Positions 51,001 through 59,492 of a stretch of 64,000 bases of DNA are shown here, piece by piece. The notes beneath the pieces were generated by a model that had not been told where the DNA came from, did no database searches, and worked only from the letters and a program-made list of their open reading frames with translations. Origin of the DNA: Octopus sinensis (taxonomy: Eukaryota); NCBI RefSeq assembly GCF_006345805.1, contig NC_043016.1:28706001-28770000 (forward strand), in the 5' to 3' direction. A program made the translations under genes and the position numbers. Every line of letters begins with the position of its first letter. The first letter of the stretch is position 1.

Positions 51001-54000
51001 CTCTCTCCTGGTTGCTGTCATCCTCATCACACTCATATCTACCATCACTATTTTCCCCTTTCTTTAACACCCCCATTCACTATTTAAATTAAGTAACTGT
51101 TGAATTTATTATAAATACTGATTTGACAGAAAAAGAGCAATGAGCTAAAAATTTGACCCTTATTGTGTCAAATGTTGATAATTCATTTTAACAGAAGCAA
51201 AAGCTAATAATTTCTAGAAGACAACGTTGTTCAAATTCTCTGTCTTACATAGTATTTGGTGGAATCAACACCACAACCAAACATAGTAGAGTGCTGTCAC
51301 TGCTTCTGATACCAAGTATAGGTATTATAGTTATAAACATAAAACTTCCATACTAAATTGTAAAAAACATTATTTCAAGTTTCTGTCACTGTACATCATC
51401 TAACCATTTTCTGCTGTCTGTCTCCTTCTCGAGCCCCTTTTATTCTTTCATCTTCCTCCTTCCCTTGTCCTGATATTTCTTTTTCTCTCTGCAACACTTC
51501 CACTTTTGTTCCACTAACACATTTATCTCTACACCCTAACTCTAACCACCTGTCAATCTCCTCTCACACTTTAATGAACTTATCTAACCCATCCTCCTTG
51601 TGTTCTCTCTTGTACTCCTCTACTTTTATCTTGAGAGTATGATCTGACACTGCATCACTATCTTTGTCTCCTTTCCAGCTCCTGTCCCCCTTCCAGCTCC
51701 TGTTCCCCTTCCAAACTTAAGCCTCTCAAAACTTTGCTTAAGGCTATCTCCCTCTCTACTATAAACCTCACTCAGTCAAAGGATCTTTTCCATTGTCTTG
51801 CAAGTTACTTGGCAACCTTAGTGCCTAGTTGCTCCGTGAAGTGTTTGGCATTAGGACAGGCATCCAGCCAAAGAAACCATGCTGAAGCAGATATTGGAGC
51901 CTGTTGTGGTTCTCTGGTTTGTATGATTTTATCAAACCATCCAGCCCATGCCAGCATAGAAGACAAACTTGAAATGATGTTTTTTACAATTTAGTATGGA
52001 AGTTTTATGTTTATAACTATAATACCTATACTTGGTATCAGAAGCAGTGACAGCACTCTACTATGTTTGGTTATGGTGTTGATTCCACCAAATACTATGT
52101 AAGACAGAGAATTTGAACAACGTTGTCTTCTAGAAATTATTAGCTTTTGCTTCTGTTAAAATGAATTATCAACATTTGACACAAAAAGGGTCAAATTTTT
52201 AGCTCCTTGCTCTTTTTATGTCAAATCAGTATTTATAATAAATTCAACAGTTACTTAATTTAAATATTTCTGGATATCATGATGACTTTTTTTATATCTA
52301 TATTTTCTGAATGGAGAAAAATAATATTGACAATAAATGTATAAATAAAAAAAAAAACTTAAATATATTTTTTTTTTGTTTTGATTTTTAGGTCGAGGAG
52401 GGAGTGATGGCTGCAAGGTACCTATAAAAATTGAATCTTTACAGAGCCTCGGGGTCATAAAAGTTGAATGTGGCTCCCAATTTTCTGTTGCATTAACACA
52501 ATCTGGTGCTGTATACACATGGTAAATATCAGAATAGAAGCTTTGTGTTTCCATGTTAATATAATGGTAGTGGTTGTAATTTTCCTGGTATGACATTAAA
52601 CTGCATCTGGTAATGAGATTCTTGATAGGTAGTTTTTGGGAATATAGAGTTATCCCATAGCACTACTTCTAGGTCTGCTCTGACCCAGGATGGTAGTATT
52701 TATTAACCCTTTAGTGTTCACATTATTCTACCAAAATTAATCCTTTTTTATCCACATTGTTTTGAACTAATCATGCATTATCTTGTAGCTATGAGATTTT
52801 GATGTGGTAGCTGTTAATTTTTAAAACGATATTGTAGGGTTGGTGTGAGAGACCAGATCTGGTTAGTTTGAACATAAAACAGGCAGAATACTTATGGCCG
52901 GTTTAAACGCTAAAAGGTTAAGGGCCGCATTTATGTGGCTGGCTCTTAGATATTATATGTGTAGACATGTCCTGATGTCACACGAATCAGTGTCTCTGCC
53001 TAAATTTTAAATAGATCCTGTGCCTCATGGATAAGCTCGAGAGAGCAAATAACCAGTAGAGAGCAACAGGAAACCACTGCTGTGTCTTTGCCAAGAAAAA
53101 TCGTGAATCTTGATAATGATGTATTGTGACTGTTGTATCATTGACTTGTCTTGCCTAGTGTCACATAATTCCTGTTGTAATTCCTAAACTGAGTAAGCTA
53201 CAAGGTTTAAAGCTTATGTATTCACACCATGTAAAATTAATTTTGCATCATTTCATGGCTTTGAGATTTCAATGATGTGATTGTTTTTTTTTTTTAAATG
53301 ACACAATAAGGTAGCTATGAATGACCATATCTGACTAGTTTGAACATAAAATAGGTAGAATATTTTGGCCGGATATGGCTGGTTTAAACACTAAAGGGTT
53401 AATGAAGAAAATGTGATGTTTCAGTTCTCAGTATTTTATTGTGATGATTTAGGAAAGGAAATAAATTAACCCTTATAGTATTTTAACTTTTTGCAGTGTT
53501 AAAATTTACTATAAAACATTGTCTGATTTTCTACTGTTTTAGCTATAAATTTAATGTTAACAATTAACATATCTACAAATATTGTCATGAAAACAATGTG
53601 TTAAATTGTCATCTTTGCCACGTTCTACTTTGGTAGAAAGGGCATATTGTTGTGAAGACGTGAAAGATAGAAAGACGTGTGTATGCTTGTGAAAAGATTT
53701 GTGGTTTATTTCACATAATTGGTAAAAAAATTTTATTCAATTGTTTAGGGGTAAAGGTGATTATCACAGACTTGGACATGGAACTGATGATCATGTACGG
53801 AAACCTAGACGTGTATCAGCTTTACAAGGCAAGAAAGTGATTGATATTGCTTGCGGATCACTACATTGTGTTGCCTGCACCGATACTGGTAAGGTGTATA
53901 AGCTTTTAATTCATTTTGTTCAACAAAAAGTGTTTACAAAAGTTAATAATTTATGACTAAATATCAAATGAAAATATTTCATGGTCAACAGTTCTAATTC

Positions 54001-57000
54001 CCTCACAATATTTGATACCTATAGGATATATCATTTTAGCTGTCTTCGAATAAAAAACTGGTTTCCCTTTAAAAACCAGATAGATAGGAGTTATCTTGTA
54101 ACATCCGAAACCTTTTTGCACTGGTTGGTCACAATTCAAGCAGGAAAAATACTTTTAACGCATGAATGCCCTTAGAAAACTTTACAATGCTTTACCAGTA
54201 ACTTTTTGCATGTTATTTTTGTAATACTGTGCATAATTTTATGGATACTCATGTCTAGCCATCAAAATCATAAATTTGCTGCAAAAATAATTGGGGTTTT
54301 TTTTTCTGAATAAGCCTTATTATAATCTGGAGGTCTCAGTGTTATATTTTATAAGTATCAAAATGTAAAATGCTTCAGGCCAAACAATTCCATTTATTTA
54401 ATATTGATAGGATTTTGTGTTAGTTTCACTTCAAAATAAACTTTATGTGTATGATGCAGTCTCATGTAACCCATTTACTGAGTCTGCATTCTCTCTGTGT
54501 TTACTCCGTTTGTAGCTCATTTGCAGTTTTTCCTATATGTTCTAAATACTAATCAATTTGAAAATGTTTTCTATTCATTTTCAGGTGAGGTCTATACATG
54601 GGGTGATAATGATGAAGGTCAGTTAGGAGATGGCACCACAAATGCTATCCAAAGACCCAGGCTTGTTACAGCACTTCAGGGTAAATTTTTTTTTTTTTTT
54701 ATATAAATACAATTTCTACAAGTGTACAAAATGTATTGAATTAAAATTTTAATTCTTTAGCATTGAAACCAGTCATATCTAGACCAATTATTCTCCCTGT
54801 TTCATGTTCAAACCATCCATATCTGACCTCCCACATCTACCCAACAATAATGTCATCATAAAAATAAAATCATGCCATCAAAATCTCGAAGCTATAAGTT
54901 AATTCATGATTAATTCAAAACTGAGAAGAAATAAGCATTACATTTGACAAAGCTGAATCCTAAAGGGTCGAGTCTGAGACTTTAAAAAACATTGGGCTTT
55001 TTAAGAACCAATTTCTGTCACCATAAAAGCACTTGAAATAAATATCTAATATAATTTTCTTTCATTACATAGAAAGAAAAGAAATTAGTTATTCAGTTAA
55101 GGTAAATAATAATCTTGTATTTTAGAACATGAGAGTGTACATATTAAAATTTGTCACATTCAAATCTCTATGAGGTAAATTTCAAAAGAAAAATTTTTTA
55201 ACCCTTTTGTTACCAACCTGGTTGAAACTGGCTCTGGCTCTGTAGTACAAATGTCTTGTTTTCAAAAGTTCTGAATTAAAATCTTCCACCAAACCTTAGT
55301 TATCATTAAGTTAATGTTAGGAACATAAATTGTGACTAAGTTATTTTACTAACTTCTTTGTTATATTTAAAATTAATTGAAAGAAACACAGAGCATCTCA
55401 AAACAAAAAGGTTAAGGAGTTGTGGTGATGGGATTAAAATGCTTTCTTTGCAAAGAGTCATCATCATTTAGCATCTGTTTTCCATGCTGGCATTTGTTGA
55501 ATGGTTTGGAAAAGTACAAGCCATAGAGCTGCGTCTGGCCTCAATGTCAGCTTTAGCATGGTTTCTACATCTGTATGCATTTCCTAACACCACTTTACAA
55601 TGTGTAGAGGGTGTTTCTCTGAATTTCTGGATATAAATTTTTAAAATTACATTAAAAAGAAGAGACTACATATACATTGTCAATAATTGGACTAATATGG
55701 TGTAGGACAAATATTTCAAAATGTCATTACCATAATATATACTGTTTTAATTCTTCTAATATGTATTAGTAATATATACTTTTTTAAATTTTTGTAATAT
55801 GTAAACGTAAAATGTTTGATATTTGCTCAAGGATCGTTACATTATGTTTTTAATGATAACTACTGTTTTACAACTACAGGTACAAAAATAAACAGAGTTG
55901 CATGTGGGTCTGCACACAGTTTAGCTTGGTCTACCAACAAACCAATCAGTGCTGGGAAATTGCCTTCAGTCATACCATTAGAATATAATCACCTCCAGTC
56001 CATTGAAATTCCTGTTCTTCGAAACAGACTTGTATTGCTTCATCACTTCTCAGATCTATTTTGTCCGTCGATACCAATGTTTGATCTCCAGGAAGGTGGA
56101 TCCGAATGCAGTAGAGGAGAGGTTCTAACTAATCTAAACGCTCTTCGTGGAGTTTTAGTTTCTGCTTCAAAGGTAAACCTTTTCTTTTTTCTTTAGTATA
56201 AAATATTGCTGTGTTACAATATCTTTGTTTTCATACCATTACCGTAAATCCTCAACTATAATCCGCATTCTTTTCCCAAAATTTAAAGGTCAAAATTCCT
56301 AGTGCGTACTATATATGGGGTTAAAAATGAAAAATATTTTATAAGCAACTAGCAGTATCACCCGGCGTTGCTCGGGTTTCTAAGGGAAATAACTATATAA
56401 GCATTTTTTAGTTATAGCCAAAAAAATGCACTTAAAATGGGGGGGGGTTAATTTTTTTTCGAATCGTTGACTCACCATAGACATTTTTAGAGAGTTACTT
56501 CCCCTATATAATAGCGAAAAAATGCATTAAAATGGAAAAAATGATAGTAAATTTTTTTTTAAATCGTAGACTCATCGTAGACGCGTGCTAATACCCAGAA
56601 GGGCTCGATATGAATCACGACTATAAGATACCCGGTTTTAGTTAAACTGCACCGCAAAATGTGGGAGTAGTTAGGAATCTAAATTGTAGGAGACAGACAC
56701 ACAACTTCTCTTTTATATAAAAAGATGTCCGAGTCTCTATTTGCTGTCTGGCTATGTTTATTCAGACGCATTTTGTGATGTTGGGTGAGAAAATACCTTA
56801 AGCTAAGCCTGAAAGCAATGACGTCATAAAAGAATCATCCATAACTTGCAGTAAGCAACATTTATTAAACGTTATTGCTGTTATTTCTTATTTTCTGCAA
56901 ACAAAATGCACAAAAAAGTTACACATTTGCATTATGTTATATATACAATAATAATAAAGGACGTTATATAGACCTTGACTCAAGTTAGAGAAGGGGTGCG

Positions 57001-59450
57001 TATTATACTCAGGGGCAGACTATACTCGAGGATTTACGATAACTCTTTTTTTAATTAATTTTGAAATATTGGTTATGCATTAATGGTAGGGGGTTGTTAT
57101 GCATATGAGCTACTCCATTGTTCAGTGTTAGCAATTTAAGTAAGTGACAAATGAATTTGTTAATCTTCAAAATTGGACTGCATGCAAATTATTTCCTAAA
57201 TGAAATTATATCTTTTTATTTTAGTGAAAACATGATTGTTATTTTCAGTTTCCATAATTTCTTTCTTAGATTTGTGTGTGGCTCTATCAGATTTAACTTG
57301 AATTCAATGTCCCTGTGTAAATTTTTTTACTGTAGGAAGCTTCTTTCCGGAAAGTTGTGCAAGCGACAGCAGTCAGAGATCGACAACATGGACCAGTTGT
57401 AGAACTAAACAGAATTCAAGTAAGTCTCTGACTTTCAGTAATGTTTCTTTATCAACAGAAATTTATTTTTGTTATTTCAACCTCATGTAACCACTGACCT
57501 TAGATCCCCCTCTCACCTCCAGGAACTTCCATTTTTCTTTCTTGTGCCTTGGTTTAAGATATAATCTATTATAAATAATCCCTATGTCCTTTCTAAAAAT
57601 CTGGTGCCATCTCTATATTAAAATTTCATGTTGTATGACTGGGGGAAAAAATATCCATGCTAAGGTTTCAAAACTTCCCTTTTCTCCTTAAATCTATATC
57701 AGTTAATTTGAGCATATATTTATTATTATAGGTAAAAAGATCTCGAAGTCGTGGTGGGCTTGCTGGGCCTGATGGTACTAAATCAGTATTTGGACAGATG
57801 GCAGCAAAGATGAGTGTTTTTGGTCCTGATAGCTTAATGCTACCACACCGAGTATGGAAAGTTAAATTTGTTGGTAAGATTTCAATTGATATTCTTTTAA
57901 ATCTTAACATTTTCATATAAACATGTCCTGAATCTATATATTTCAGATATAATGGCTGCATAATTTCTTAGAAACTAGTATAGTTTTGAAGAACATAATT
58001 TTTTATAGGACTTTCTCAAGATTGTGTTGTCTTTATTTCTTAATGAAAACTCTATTTAAAATTTCCATTGCTATATTTCTGTTGAAATATGGTGTTTGTT
58101 TCAATTAAGTTGATTTATTAACTTTTGTAATTATTAACCTGGTGTTTTGAACATAATTTAACATGAAATTTTGATGGAAAGTTTTTAATAAAGATCATTA
58201 ACCCTTTCGTTACCAACCCGGCTGAAACCGGCTCTGAGTACAAATGTTTTGTTTTCATAAGTTTTGAATTAAAATCTTCCACCAAACTTTAGTCACAATT
58301 TATGTTCCTAACACTAGCTGAATGATGACTAAGTTATTTTACTAAATTCTTTGTTATATTTAAAGTAATTGAAAGAAATACAGAGCATCTCAAAATAAAT
58401 ACAGTAACGAAAGGGTTAAGATAATTTTAAGAACTGGGTTTATATCATAGAGCTAAGGACAATTTCATGCAGTTTGTTATAAAAATGGTTTCAGCCATAA
58501 ACTACATCTTTTTTGCTGAAATATTTCTTTTCCTAGCAGGCTATGTATTTTGTTTTTTACATTTTATAATCTCATGTCATCTTAGAAAAACAATTCTCAA
58601 TGTTATTTCAGGTGAAAGTGTCGACGATTGTGGAGGAGGATATAGTGAGTCAATTGCTGAAATGTGTGATGAACTTCAAAATGGCTCACTCTCATTACTC
58701 ATTGTAACACCAAATGGTCGAGATGAGTCTGGAGCAAATCGTGACTGCTTTTTATTAAATCCAATGTTGAAATCGCCACTTCATCAAAACATGTTTAGAT
58801 ATTTAGGTAACCAATTTTACTAAACTTTATCGTTTTGTATCTAGTGACATTCTTTTAGTTTCAAAACTGTTAAAATATAGGAATATATTGTAATAAGTGT
58901 GTGTATGTTTTATATCTTGGTGTTGAATATATAATTTAACAAAGCAGGAGGAAAGAAACATTTACATGATGCAATACAATTACTATTACATGAAACTCGA
59001 CATTCTCAATCAATGGCTCACAGTACTTCATTTTATAGCAATGTGTCAGTCCATTTTTAGTCACTTGGGGGTGGACAGAATCCTTTGACAACAATATGTA
59101 ATGCATAATTTATATTAGGAATGGTCGTTTGGTTAAGTACTCTTCTGAAACATGGTTTTGGGTTTGGTTTCTTACTGCATAATAACTTTTGATTAGTCGA
59201 CAAGCATGTCTGCTTGCACGTTGACCACTGCTATGTGAGTGAAATTTTGGTTGGTAGAAACTGTAGAGAAAAGTGTCGTAGGCGCAGGAGTGGCTGTGTG
59301 GTAAGTAGCCTTCTACCAACCACATGGTTCCGGGTTCAGTCCCACTGCGTGGCACCTTGGACAAGTGTCTTCTACTATAGCCTCGGGCCGACCAAAGCCT
59401 TGTGAGTGGATTTGGTAGACGGAAACTGAAAGAAGCCCGTCGTATATATG

Positions 59451-59492
<42 letters not shown>

